Below are positions 34,662-44,444 of a stretch of DNA of 64,000 bases, piece after piece. Each line of letters starts with the position of its first letter. Within the stretch, counting starts at the first letter, position 1. Below the pieces are notes generated by a model, which ran no database searches, was not told the origin of the DNA, and was given only the letters and a program-made list of their open reading frames with translations. The DNA lies in the sequence record LC680885.1; one strand, written 5' to 3'. The position numbers and the translations under genes are program-made. The stretch comes from Staphylococcus phage S6.

Positions 34662-34707
34662 TAATATATCGCAATTAAAGTATTTTCAAGCATATATTAT
34701 TTAAATG

Positions 34708-34740
34708 AGATAATGATTATACCAATCATTATCTTTTAAT
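34708..34740 (+). terminator. hairpin AGATAATGATT atacc AATCATTATCT + TTTAAT
   Basis: 11-bp stem. Confidence 0.45.
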
Positions 34741-34761
34741 AAAAAACGGGAGGTATAAGGT

Positions 34762-35052
34762 ATGAAAGAATTAACAAGTTCAGTAGAAAAAGCAGCAGGT
34801 ACAAGTTGGAGTGCGTTAGTAACACATCAAGTTTTTATAGGGTTAGGTTTAGTTTTATTAAGTTTAATCGTATTTGCTATTTTGTATTATGCATTTAAAA
34901 AATTAAATGTCATGAATAACTTATCACCTATCATTGTATTGGTAGTTATTTTAGTTATTGGAATTGATTTGGCTTTATTCGGATACGGTTTAATGCATAT
35001 ATTTAATCCAGGATATTATGCATTACAAGAAATTAAAGAAGTCATTAAATAA
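34762..35052 (+). CDS. two-TM membrane protein (96 aa)
   Basis: SD GGGAGGtataaggtATG; two hydrophobic helices. Confidence 0.5.
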   Translation: MKELTSSVEKAAGTSWSALVTHQVFIGLGLVLLSLIVFAILYYAFKKLNVMNNLSPIIVLVVILVIGIDLALFGYGLMHIFNPGYYALQEIKEVIK

Positions 35053-35078
35053 ATGATTTCAATGAATCAATACAATAA

Positions 35079-35120
35079 TAGATAATAATTAAAAAAGTTA
35101 TTATCTATTATTATTTTTAA
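35079..35120 (+). terminator. AT-rich terminator hairpin AATAGATAATAA/TTATTATCTATT + T-rich tail
   Basis: 12-bp stem, then TATTATTATTTTTAAA. Confidence 0.5.
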
Positions 35121-35140
35121 ACTAGGAGAGTGAAATTGAT

Positions 35141-35488
35141 ATGAATAAAGATTATGAAAAAGTAAAGCTAAATTCTATAAATGAAATATTGGGAGGAGTG
35201 GATATTGAATCTTCTTTATATAGATTTTGGGAAATATATAGCAAGAAATATGATGAATATGTTTATTTAGTTTTTGAAGACATAGATTATGAAAATAATT
35301 ATAACAATACAGTTAATATTAAAGGGATATTTAGAATTGACACTTCTGATAAATCTTTATTATTTGAAGATGAATTTACATTCAATAATGTATTGGTAAC
35401 GGATTCAGCTGAGGATTTTGGTATTAGAGTAGATAACTATGCATATGATGATCTAATAAAACATCTAGAGGAAAATAAAATTATTTAA
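35141..35488 (+). CDS. hypothetical protein (115 aa)
   Basis: Conserved block AGGAGAGTGAAATTGATATG. Confidence 0.5.
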   Translation: MNKDYEKVKLNSINEILGGVDIESSLYRFWEIYSKKYDEYVYLVFEDIDYENNYNNTVNIKGIFRIDTSDKSLLFEDEFTFNNVLVTDSAEDFGIRVDNYAYDDLIKHLEENKII

Positions 35489-35509
35489 AATTATAGGAGA
35501 TGAATAGAT

Positions 35510-35797
35510 ATGAGAAAAGAATTAAGTGATTATATTAATAAGGAAAAATTGGATGCATTAAGTATATCTTTACAAGGAGATGATTTTGATTCTTTAGAAC
35601 CAAAAGCTAAAGAAGAAGTATTTGAAAAATACTTAAAATTAGAAAAATTACATGTAGAATTTAGATATGAAGAATCATTAAGTAAAATTGCAGAATCTTT
35701 GAAAGATATTTCACGTAAAGAAAATAATTCAGATTCAAGTAATGTAGATAAAGACGCTATTTTATCAGCTTTAAAGAATTTTGCACGTAAAATTTAA
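35510..35797 (+). CDS. hypothetical protein (95 aa)
   Basis: SD TAGGAGATGAatagatATG. Confidence 0.5.
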   Translation: MRKELSDYINKEKLDALSISLQGDDFDSLEPKAKEEVFEKYLKLEKLHVEFRYEESLSKIAESLKDISRKENNSDSSNVDKDAILSALKNFARKI

Positions 35798-35816
35798 ATA
35801 GAGAGTAGGTAAAACA

Positions 35817-36074
35817 TTGGATGAAATAAGACAAATAGAAAAATATGTAGATGTAGAAAAATTAAATGCAATAAGTAATTATCTCTTTAGAAGCGATTTT
35901 GAAAGTTCTAGATTAGGAGAAGTTCAAAGAAAAGAAGTTTTAGAAGTTTATATGGTAATGGATAAAAATGACATTCAACATTATTTAGCTAAGAAAATTG
36001 AAGAAAATGGAGATAAACTTTGTAATTCTCTAAGTGAATTTGAAGAATTAATAAAAAGGATAAAGGGGATGTAA
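35817..36074 (+). CDS. hypothetical protein (85 aa, TTG start); weakly similar to the previous gene (..KLNAISNYL.. vs ..KLDALSISL..)
   Basis: Adjacent small paralogue-like pair. Confidence 0.4.
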   Translation: MDEIRQIEKYVDVEKLNAISNYLFRSDFESSRLGEVQRKEVLEVYMVMDKNDIQHYLAKKIEENGDKLCNSLSEFEELIKRIKGM

Positions 36075-36080
36075 ATTAAA

Positions 36081-36455
36081 ATGAAAAAATTAATGATTTT
36101 AGGTCTAACAATATTTTTAACAGTTATTTTAGCAGCATGTAGTGGTGAAGAAAAGAACCCTAGTGAAGAAACAGCAAAAGGAGATAGTTATAAATTAATA
36201 TATTACGAAATTTTAAATAATGGAGATAGTGATTATCCTAGAGTGGAAATTGCTTATGAAAATAGAATTAAAGAAGTTCAATCCGAATCTATTGATATCG
36301 ATAATTTAATTGAGCATGTCTCAAAAGATCCAAAAGAAAAACCTAAATTAGTTATTGACGGTGATGAGTATCATGTATATAGACAACCTTACATGACTTA
36401 TAATCAAGAAGATATTGAAGGTGAAGTAGAAAGTAAAGAGGAAGTGAAAAAATAA
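36081..36455 (+). CDS. lipoprotein (lipobox LAAC)
   Basis: MKKLMILGLTIFLTVILAACSG signal peptide. Confidence 0.6.
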   Translation: MKKLMILGLTIFLTVILAACSGEEKNPSEETAKGDSYKLIYYEILNNGDSDYPRVEIAYENRIKEVQSESIDIDNLIEHVSKDPKEKPKLVIDGDEYHVYRQPYMTYNQEDIEGEVESKEEVKK

Positions 36456-37051
36456 TGAAAAAGTTTTCTATGATCCTAGTATCAATAATTACATTATTAG
36501 CATTCGTTAGTCAAGATGCATTAGCTATTGGAAGTTCAACTTCCAGTAGTTCTTCATCTTCTTCATCAGTCAGCTCATCTGCATCGAGATCATCAACTTC
36601 ATCAAGTATGAGTTCTTCATCATCAGCAAGTAGATCAGCTATGCAAAGTAGTATGAATGCTCAAAATAATGCTAACAGTGCAAGTAGAAATAGTTCATTG
36701 AACAGTAGTATGAGTAGAAATAATTCATCATTTTCATTAACTAACCCAAATAGTATGTATAATAGAAATAATCAAATGAATTCATATAATTCACAGCTTA
36801 GACAAAGTAATTATATGAATAATATGTTGATGTACTATTTATTATTTAATGGTATTAATAATCAAAATAACTTAAAGAAACAGAAATCAATTTTAATGAA
36901 TCAAATGAATAAAGATCAAAAGTTATATACAGTGACAATTAAAACTAAAGATAATAAAAAGCAATTGTTAACTGTCACTAAAAAGGATTATGATAAAATT
37001 AAAGAAGGAGATACTGTTAAATATTCTAATAATAAATTAGAAATAAAATAA
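36455..37051 (+). CDS. secreted low-complexity Ser-rich / Asn-rich protein with signal peptide
   Basis: MKKFSMILVSIITLLAFVSQDALA signal, then an SSTSSSSSSSSVSSSASRSS... tract and an N/M/Q-rich region. Confidence 0.55.
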   Translation: MKKFSMILVSIITLLAFVSQDALAIGSSTSSSSSSSSSVSSSASRSSTSSSMSSSSSASRSAMQSSMNAQNNANSASRNSSLNSSMSRNNSSFSLTNPNSMYNRNNQMNSYNSQLRQSNYMNNMLMYYLLFNGINNQNNLKKQKSILMNQMNKDQKLYTVTIKTKDNKKQLLTVTKKDYDKIKEGDTVKYSNNKLEIK

Positions 37052-37069
37052 TAAAAGGGAGATTATATT

Positions 37070-37441
37070 ATGAAAAAATTTGGAGAAGTATTTAGCAAAA
37101 AAGAAGCAGCAAAATTATTAATTGAATTAAATAAAAATGCATGGTATCCATCAGAGCCAGGTAGTGCGTTTAGTAGTCTTCTTGTTGATGGGAAAACACT
37201 ATCAAGATACAATTTAGATTTTGAAAAAGAATTCCATGATATGTTCTATTATGATACAGAATCTAATGCTATGGAAGAGGATGAAGACTATATCACTATC
37301 CCTGAAGTTAGTGATGATGTTATTGATTTTAATGCGGTATATGACATCTTGAAAGATCAGGATTTAATAAGCGGAGTAATTAATTTAAATTCGATTATTG
37401 GCAAAAGAATTAATGAATCATTTTGGAGAGTACATGGATAG
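37070..37441 (+). CDS. hypothetical protein (123 aa)
   Basis: SD aaaGGGAGattatattATG. Confidence 0.5.
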   Translation: MKKFGEVFSKKEAAKLLIELNKNAWYPSEPGSAFSSLLVDGKTLSRYNLDFEKEFHDMFYYDTESNAMEEDEDYITIPEVSDDVIDFNAVYDILKDQDLISGVINLNSIIGKRINESFWRVHG

Positions 37442-37473
37442 AAATAAAAATAATAATAGGAGATGAATTGGAA

Positions 37474-38250
37474 ATGGCAGAAAAAATTCTAAATTTAAAA
37501 ATAGTAGTAAGTAATGATTTAAAAGATGTATATGATACAAAATTATCTGGAGGAGGTTATAAAAATAATGAAATAATGGTATCAGAAAATGATATTTTAA
37601 AAATAAAATTAGATATTAAAGATGAACAAGGCAAAGAATTAAAATTAGAAGACATAAATCACTTAATAAGAGTTGGATCTAATGTTAAAAATATTAAAAG
37701 ACTTTTTGATAGAGTTTATAAAATAGATGAATTTTTTGAAAAAGATGGGAAATACTATTTATATAAAATAAAAGAAAATATGGACACTCAATGTTTAATG
37801 TTTAGCGTATACAATTTGGATTCAGAAATTGATGAAGACGTTTTAATGGACATCTTTATTTATAATGATAGTTTTCATAAGTCAGTATTAGGTGTAGTTA
37901 ACAGATATATTGAAAATAAAAAAGATGAAGATATAGTTAAAAAATTTGTATCTGATATCAGAAGTGATTTTGATGAAAAAGAAATTGAATATACAATAGA
38001 AAATATTGACGATTTACTTTTTAGTAGCAATGTTTTTGATTTATTAAATTACGTACATGAAAATAGTCATACTGACGAAGTTATTGATTGTTTTTCAAGC
38101 GAAATTCAAAAATCTTTAAGTGAATCAGTAAATGCTGAAAGTCGTGATGAAGATTATACTTTTGCTGAAGGCATAAATAATATTTTTGGAATTGCAGGGT
38201 TTTCTCTAACAAATGGTAAAGTTTTTAAATTTAATTACTTAAGTGTATAA
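37474..38250 (+). CDS. hypothetical protein (start moved to ATG 37474 after the conserved TAGGAGATGAATTGGAAATG block)
   Basis: The ORF track starts at TTG 37423, overlapping the previous gene; the conserved initiation block points to 37474. Confidence 0.5.
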   Translation: MAEKILNLKIVVSNDLKDVYDTKLSGGGYKNNEIMVSENDILKIKLDIKDEQGKELKLEDINHLIRVGSNVKNIKRLFDRVYKIDEFFEKDGKYYLYKIKENMDTQCLMFSVYNLDSEIDEDVLMDIFIYNDSFHKSVLGVVNRYIENKKDEDIVKKFVSDIRSDFDEKEIEYTIENIDDLLFSSNVFDLLNYVHENSHTDEVIDCFSSEIQKSLSESVNAESRDEDYTFAEGINNIFGIAGFSLTNGKVFKFNYLSV

Positions 38251-38276
38251 TATTAATATTAGGAGATGAATTAGAT

Positions 38277-39371
38277 ATGGAAAATAACAAAAATGAATTA
38301 ATTAGCAGAGAGAATATTTCACCAGAAGTTTTTAAAAAGGTTGATGAAATTAATATACTTGATAAGAAATCTATTATTGAGTATGGACATGAAGTACAAG
38401 ATAAGTTATCTAAAGAATCAGATAAAGTATTAAAGAATATTAAAGAAAATGATTCTAATGAAAAGATTAATAAAGTATTAGATGATATGTTAGATGTATT
38501 TAACTCATATGATCCACAAAAGATTGATGAAAATATGAAACAAGAAGAAAAAGGTTTCATGGATAAAATTAAATCTATGTTTAATAAAGGTAAAGAAAAC
38601 TTAATCGGTAAAGAATTATCTAAAGTTGATTCAGCTTCAAATAATATGACTTTCATTGAAAGACAATTAAAAGAAAGTAGTTCTTCAGTTGATACTGCAA
38701 ATAAAAATTTAGATAATTTAATTCAATCTAATAAAGATTATTATGAGAACTTAAGTGAATATATTGAAGCAGCTAAATATAAGAAATTAGAGTTAACAGA
38801 TGAAATTCAAAAAGATACTGATGAAGTTAGAAATATTGAAGATGTTGGTGAAAAACAAAATCAAATTCAATTAGTATCTGATAAAGAACAAGGTTTAGAT
38901 AATCTTGATAAACGTATTTATGACTTAAGTACATCATTAGCTTTAGCAGAACAAAATGTATTTGAATTAGAAATGATTAAGAATATCAATTATAGTCTTA
39001 AAGAAAATATTAATAACTCTTTAGTAAATAGTATCCCTATCTGGAAATCTCAATTAACTAAAGCAGTAGTATTGATTCAACAACAACAATCAATTAAAAC
39101 TAATAAAGCTATTAGAGAAGCAACTTCTGATATTTTATTAAGTAACTCTAATATTCTTAAAGATAACGCAGTTCAGATGTATAATGAATCTAATAAATCA
39201 TTTATTGATATTGATGTTCTTAAACAAACTCAAAGTAATATGATTGAAATGACAGAAGATTTAAAACGTATGTCTGAAGAAGCTTATAATGAAAGATTAC
39301 GTGGATATGAAGAACTTAAAGAAATTAAGGAAGATAAAAAAGAATTAGAAAACAAGAAAATAGAAATGTAA
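38277..39371 (+). CDS. hypothetical coiled-coil protein (364 aa)
   Basis: Conserved block TAGGAGATGAATTAGATATG. Confidence 0.5.
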   Translation: MENNKNELISRENISPEVFKKVDEINILDKKSIIEYGHEVQDKLSKESDKVLKNIKENDSNEKINKVLDDMLDVFNSYDPQKIDENMKQEEKGFMDKIKSMFNKGKENLIGKELSKVDSASNNMTFIERQLKESSSSVDTANKNLDNLIQSNKDYYENLSEYIEAAKYKKLELTDEIQKDTDEVRNIEDVGEKQNQIQLVSDKEQGLDNLDKRIYDLSTSLALAEQNVFELEMIKNINYSLKENINNSLVNSIPIWKSQLTKAVVLIQQQQSIKTNKAIREATSDILLSNSNILKDNAVQMYNESNKSFIDIDVLKQTQSNMIEMTEDLKRMSEEAYNERLRGYEELKEIKEDKKELENKKIEM

Positions 39372-39387
39372 GAAGGTGTATTATTAC

Positions 39388-40551
39388 ATGTTAGATATTT
39401 TAATCTATTCATTTTCTGGTTTCGCCATTGTAGGGGGCTCTGCAATGGCGATTTATAATGGAAATAAGTTAGTTAAAAAGAAAAAAAGAGTCTCACAAAA
39501 TGAATTAAAACTTAAAGATACAGAAGAATTAATTGATCTCAATGAAACTAAAATAATGGAAAAATTAAATGATTCTTATAAATTAGAAAATGCTTTTGAC
39601 TGTAAGGAAAGATACTACGCTTTACATTATCTATTGAGTCATCCAGAAATGGAATTCTATAAAGAAATAGCCACTCATGTTTATTCAGCTGTTTTAAATG
39701 AAAAAACTAATATTGGAGCTGAATATACTAAAGATTTATTTATTGAAGGGAAATCCTATGATAAAAGATTAGACTTATTGACATTCTCTTTAGTATACAA
39801 AAAAGATAGTAAATTTGAAATTAACAAAGAAAATGGAATTATGGAAGAGTTTAAAGATTTACTTGACACTAATATAGAAGATTTAGAGATGCTAGAAAGA
39901 GAAGGTTTTATATATACGAAAGATGACTCAGGCATATTTTATAAATATTTATTTTTCGGGACTAAAATACTAATCGGTTTAGTTAATTTACATGGTGATT
40001 ATTATATAACTATTATAGATGAAAAAGAAAACGTTTATATTAAAGATATGAAACTTGGTGAAGAGTTGGATGCTTTACAATATTTTGACGGAAGAAGGTT
40101 TTTGTATCATCCATTAGATTTCTTTATATTAGAAGATGGCGAATTACAACTATTAGATCCATATTCATATAATTTAGAACATGTTAACAATAAAAAAATA
40201 ATATTTGATCCTAAGTCTTATGATTCAGAACCTATAGGGAATAAGCGTATAAACTTATATCATGAAGACATAGAATTTAAAAAAGTTCCTTTTAACACTG
40301 AAGGATTATTAAATTATTTAAATAATGATGTTAAAATAGAAAATGATGATTTTATTTATCTTAAAGGAAACAAAGTGGAAAGAAATATAGATAAGAATCA
40401 TTGGTCGAATTTAATAGAAACTAATTATATGATGAATTATAGAGATAAAAAGAAATTCATGAAAAATATTCATAATAAATTAGTAGAAGAAAAAAGAATG
40501 AAAGATATTGAAGAATATAAAAGTTACTCTGAAATAGGGAGAAAGGAGTGA
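39388..40551 (+). CDS. hypothetical protein with N-terminal TM helix (start ATG 39388; ORF track uses GTG 39376)
   Basis: SD AGAAGGtgtattattacATG; MLDILIYSFSGFAIVGGSAMAIY is hydrophobic. Confidence 0.5.
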   Translation: MLDILIYSFSGFAIVGGSAMAIYNGNKLVKKKKRVSQNELKLKDTEELIDLNETKIMEKLNDSYKLENAFDCKERYYALHYLLSHPEMEFYKEIATHVYSAVLNEKTNIGAEYTKDLFIEGKSYDKRLDLLTFSLVYKKDSKFEINKENGIMEEFKDLLDTNIEDLEMLEREGFIYTKDDSGIFYKYLFFGTKILIGLVNLHGDYYITIIDEKENVYIKDMKLGEELDALQYFDGRRFLYHPLDFFILEDGELQLLDPYSYNLEHVNNKKIIFDPKSYDSEPIGNKRINLYHEDIEFKKVPFNTEGLLNYLNNDVKIENDDFIYLKGNKVERNIDKNHWSNLIETNYMMNYRDKKKFMKNIHNKLVEEKRMKDIEEYKSYSEIGRKE

Positions 40552-40558
40552 AGATTCT

Positions 40559-41395
40559 TTGAGTAAAGATTTTTTCTCTCATAATAATGTAAATTATAAA
40601 AAAGATTTAGATAAACAACTTGATGATGATTTAGATAAAATTTACGGTCAACAATCTATGGATACCAATCCTTATGGTCATGTAGGGTTTGTTGATAAGG
40701 ATGTTAGGGAAGCTAAAGAGAAACTTGATAAGCTTAATGATGATTTGAGGCTTAAAGGAAACAGTGCAATGATTGATAGTGATTTAATTCTAAAGGGAAT
40801 TGATAAACGTAAAACTTTAGAAAGGGAAAAATTGAATAGTGTTTATGACAGTATATATGATCTTGGTTCCATAGTTCCTGTAAGTCATAGTTACTATAGA
40901 CAGCTGGATGAGATTAATAAACGTAATACTAATATAAAAAATAACTCTCGTAATTATATTAAAAAAGATTTAGATGAAGAAGCATTGAATAGAAGACAAT
41001 ATAGAAATATGTGGAATAAACCTGTAATGACTTATGAACAAAAATTAATGAATAGATTAGATGAAATAAGAAGTAAGAAAATAACTAATAAAAATAAAGA
41101 AAGATATACTGTTGAAGTTTCAGCTATAATGTATATAACAAGTTGTAAATTTATTCCTGAATTCACTAAAGATGATATAATGAATGCTTATTTTGATGTA
41201 AAAGAAATGATGAACAAAAAAGATAAAATCTTAGGAAATGGTGAAAGTGTAAAAAATTTCACTTTAATATTTGCTAAAGCTATATGGTTTTTAAGAGGAA
41301 ATATTAAAGAAAAGAGTATAATAACAAATCATTCAGCACATGCAATTAATACTAATTTTTTAATAAAAGATTTATATGATCTTAGAGTATTTTAA
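40559..41395 (+). CDS. hypothetical protein (278 aa)
   Basis: ORF; SD AAGGAGtgaagattctTTG. Confidence 0.45.
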   Translation: MSKDFFSHNNVNYKKDLDKQLDDDLDKIYGQQSMDTNPYGHVGFVDKDVREAKEKLDKLNDDLRLKGNSAMIDSDLILKGIDKRKTLEREKLNSVYDSIYDLGSIVPVSHSYYRQLDEINKRNTNIKNNSRNYIKKDLDEEALNRRQYRNMWNKPVMTYEQKLMNRLDEIRSKKITNKNKERYTVEVSAIMYITSCKFIPEFTKDDIMNAYFDVKEMMNKKDKILGNGESVKNFTLIFAKAIWFLRGNIKEKSIITNHSAHAINTNFLIKDLYDLRVF

Positions 41396-41414
41396 TTAGG
41401 AGAGTGAAAAAGAT

Positions 41415-41804
41415 ATGGGAAGTTTAATAGGTTTAATTGTGCTAATAGTAAATTCACTATTAGCATCAATTTTTATTTTTAGTAACTTAGGAAAAATGGG
41501 TAAATTTAAAAACAGTTCATGGGTTCCAATTGAAAGAGAGATAAAAAATAGAATGAAATTCTTAATGGCTATTAATTTTATTCTATTTCTATCATCATTA
41601 ATATTATTATTTAAAAATATTATATCGGCTCAAGTATCATTATTATCAATAATTATATTTGGAGGGGTATTTATATTCTTTTTATTTAAATTGATGAGAG
41701 ACAATCAGTATTTTAGTAAGAGTAATAAATTTTATAATACAGTTTATATGATGAGTTTATTTTTATTAACAATAGATGTTTTATTATCATTTTATAATCT
41801 ATAA
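41415..41804 (+). CDS. polytopic small membrane protein (129 aa, ~4 TM)
   Basis: Conserved block TAGGAGAGTGAAAAAGATATG; hydrophobic helices. Confidence 0.5.
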   Translation: MGSLIGLIVLIVNSLLASIFIFSNLGKMGKFKNSSWVPIEREIKNRMKFLMAINFILFLSSLILLFKNIISAQVSLLSIIIFGGVFIFFLFKLMRDNQYFSKSNKFYNTVYMMSLFLLTIDVLLSFYNL

Positions 41805-41837
41805 AAGATTAAAGAAATATATAAGTTAAATAAAGAT

Positions 41838-41869
41838 GAGGTAATGACAAATTATATGTCATTACCTCT
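41838..41869 (+). terminator. GAGGTAATGACA-loop-TGTCATTACCTC hairpin + TAATATAC
   Basis: Conserved hairpin family member. Confidence 0.55.
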
Positions 41870-41893
41870 AATATACTATAAGGAGAGTTTAAA

Positions 41894-42985
41894 ATGAAAA
41901 AATCATTAATAACAGCATCATTATTAAGTACGGTACTACTGTTGGGAGCATGCGGAAACGAAGGATCATCATCAGAGAATAAAGGGTCAAACTTAAAACC
42001 AGAAAAGCAAGAAGAAATTTATTCTAAAGAAGCAAAATTATTAGGTAAAGCAATAAGTAATGAAGATGCTATGGATGATTCTACAAATAAAGTTTCAGAT
42101 GATTTTAAGAAATCTTTAGACAGATATGAAGATAAAACTAAAAATTTAGATAGCGTAGATACTCAAGTTGGTGATTTAACTTTAAGAGTTGGAAAATCTA
42201 TTGAAATCATGAGTGAACGCATGTATGAATTAGATAAGTTCAATAAAGATAATCCAGATAAAGAAATGGAATACAATCTAGCTCTTGTTGATGTTGGAAT
42301 TAATACCGCTCAATCTCTAGAAAGTATAAATGAAGATTATGAATCAATCGATGTATCATATAAAAATGAAATTATCGGTAAGAAAGCTAATGAAGAAGTA
42401 ACTGATGTTTTATCAACTTTCCCAGCATATGAACTTGATGAATTGATAGATGATTATGGAACTGGTATTGTTGGAAATGATGAAACAGATCTAACACAAG
42501 AACAACAAAAAGTATTATCAGACACTAAATATCGAGATGAACTTAAAAAAGAAGTAATGACTCAAGAAGAACCAGACGCTTCTAAAAATGAATATAATGA
42601 ATCTGTGAATATGTTTAATAAATTTGCACCAGAATTCCTTCATTATAAAGAAGTAGATGAAATGGTATCTTCAACAGAAAATAACAATATGATGGATATC
42701 AGAAATGCTGTTGTAAGTGCTAATACAGATGCCGGAGTAGATAGTTATGAAGATATGGAAGAAGATGCTGAATCATTAGAAGATGATACTGAGAGTATCG
42801 AAGATGAAGAAAGATCAGATGACGAAGGATATGATATTGATGGCTGGTCTGCAGAATCTTATAATGAATTAGTAGATGAATATAACACTCTTACTGATGG
42901 TGAAAAAATGGATCACGTAGATGAAGATGTATCTAATATTGAATATGAACAATTAGAAGAGAGAGTTGCAAAATTAGAAGAATAA
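41894..42985 (+). CDS. lipoprotein with very acidic C-terminal region
   Basis: MKKSLITASLLSTVLLLGACGN lipobox; D/E-rich tail. Confidence 0.6.
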   Translation: MKKSLITASLLSTVLLLGACGNEGSSSENKGSNLKPEKQEEIYSKEAKLLGKAISNEDAMDDSTNKVSDDFKKSLDRYEDKTKNLDSVDTQVGDLTLRVGKSIEIMSERMYELDKFNKDNPDKEMEYNLALVDVGINTAQSLESINEDYESIDVSYKNEIIGKKANEEVTDVLSTFPAYELDELIDDYGTGIVGNDETDLTQEQQKVLSDTKYRDELKKEVMTQEEPDASKNEYNESVNMFNKFAPEFLHYKEVDEMVSSTENNNMMDIRNAVVSANTDAGVDSYEDMEEDAESLEDDTESIEDEERSDDEGYDIDGWSAESYNELVDEYNTLTDGEKMDHVDEDVSNIEYEQLEERVAKLEE

Positions 42986-42998
42986 CGGAGGAAATTAA

Positions 42999-44405
42999 AT
43001 GAAGAGAATCTTTAAAAGTTTAACTCTTTATATATTTTTATTTATTTTAGCTTCTTTAACCTTATTTTTAGGATTTAAAGAAGCTATTAATTATATCATA
43101 TTGGGATTATTAACTTTCTTATTAATCCTTTCTTTTTACTTTTTATTAAGTTATGCATATAATTTAATTATATCATTATTTGGATATAAGAAATTAAAAA
43201 GAGATTATGATATTATAGCACCTAAAACTAGATTTTTAATAATGGTAGCTGCTCATAATGAAGAGACTGTTATTAGAGAAACTATTAAAAATCTTAAAAA
43301 GATTAATTATGACAAAAGCATGTTTGATATCTGTATAGTTTCAGATAATTCTACAGATAATACAACAAATATTGCTTTAGAAGAAAATGTTACTGTTGTG
43401 GATACGATTAAAGGAAGATTTAAAAGAGAAGGCGTTGGAAAACCAGCAGGATTACAATATGCATTAAGAGAATTAGGATTTGAAAGTATAAAAAATAAAT
43501 ACGATTTAGTAATGGTATTGGATGCAGATAATTTTGTTAGCCCTAATATATTAAGAGAAGTAAATTCTCAATATATCGCTAAAAATAAACCTGAAGCAAT
43601 TCAAGTCTATTTAGATAGTAAAAATTATGATAGTATGATGTCTTTAGCATATAGTGCAGTATTTTGGACTAATAATAAATTTATTCAAGCGGCTAAATAT
43701 AGATTAGGTTTACCGAATTCAATCGGAGGAACAGGTTTCTCAGTTAGATCAGATTATCTTATTGATAGTGGAGGATTTAACTATGAATCATTAACAGAGG
43801 ATTTAGAAATGGAAGTTGAAATAGTTAGCAATGGTGGAAGAGTTTTATGGAATGATTTTGCGTCTATTTATGATGAAAAACCAGAAGGATTGAAAGTTTC
43901 TATGGTCCAACGTTTGAGATGGGCTAAGGGTCATTTTTACGTAGGATATAAAAATTTCTTTCCATTATTAAAATTATTCGCAAAGACATTTAATATTAAA
44001 TATATAGATAAAATAGTTTTCCTTATGACAATGGGAAGAAGTTTACATTTAGCATTAATGTTATTAGTTATATCATTGCAAGGGTTATATTTATATTTAA
44101 ATAATAAAACAGAAATTATCATAAATAATTTCCATTATCCAACTGTATTACAATTATTAAATGATAATTTCTTATTTTTAGGAATTTTTAATGCTATTCT
44201 ATTAAGTTACAGTTTCTTATTTTTACCATTATATTCTATATATAATAAAATAAAGAGTAAAAATATAATTAAGAATGCAATATCATTTTTATATTATGTG
44301 GTAACTGATTTTATAGTTCAAACTCAAGCAATATTTGTTTGGAAAGAACAAAAGAACTGGGTAAGAACTCCTCATGATAAAAATAAAATAAAAACAGACA
44401 AATAA
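42999..44405 (+). CDS. membrane family-2 glycosyltransferase (GT-A fold, processive synthase-like)
   Basis: N-terminal TM helices, then AAHNEE...VSDNSTDNT, a DxD motif (MVLDADNF), QRLRW (Q/RxxRW) motif and C-terminal TM helices. Confidence 0.65.
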   Translation: MKRIFKSLTLYIFLFILASLTLFLGFKEAINYIILGLLTFLLILSFYFLLSYAYNLIISLFGYKKLKRDYDIIAPKTRFLIMVAAHNEETVIRETIKNLKKINYDKSMFDICIVSDNSTDNTTNIALEENVTVVDTIKGRFKREGVGKPAGLQYALRELGFESIKNKYDLVMVLDADNFVSPNILREVNSQYIAKNKPEAIQVYLDSKNYDSMMSLAYSAVFWTNNKFIQAAKYRLGLPNSIGGTGFSVRSDYLIDSGGFNYESLTEDLEMEVEIVSNGGRVLWNDFASIYDEKPEGLKVSMVQRLRWAKGHFYVGYKNFFPLLKLFAKTFNIKYIDKIVFLMTMGRSLHLALMLLVISLQGLYLYLNNKTEIIINNFHYPTVLQLLNDNFLFLGIFNAILLSYSFLFLPLYSIYNKIKSKNIIKNAISFLYYVVTDFIVQTQAIFVWKEQKNWVRTPHDKNKIKTDK

Positions 44406-44444
44406 TATTGAATGTGAATAAATAAATTAAAGGAGATATCTATT

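Noticed and set aside
34484-34678. ORF-track call 34484..34678 (MVNSYTSS...)
   Set aside because: It has no Shine-Dalgarno site, sits in a different frame, and reads through the 34631-34661 terminator hairpin. The overlapping 34476..34625 frame has a good SD and encodes a clean two-TM peptide.
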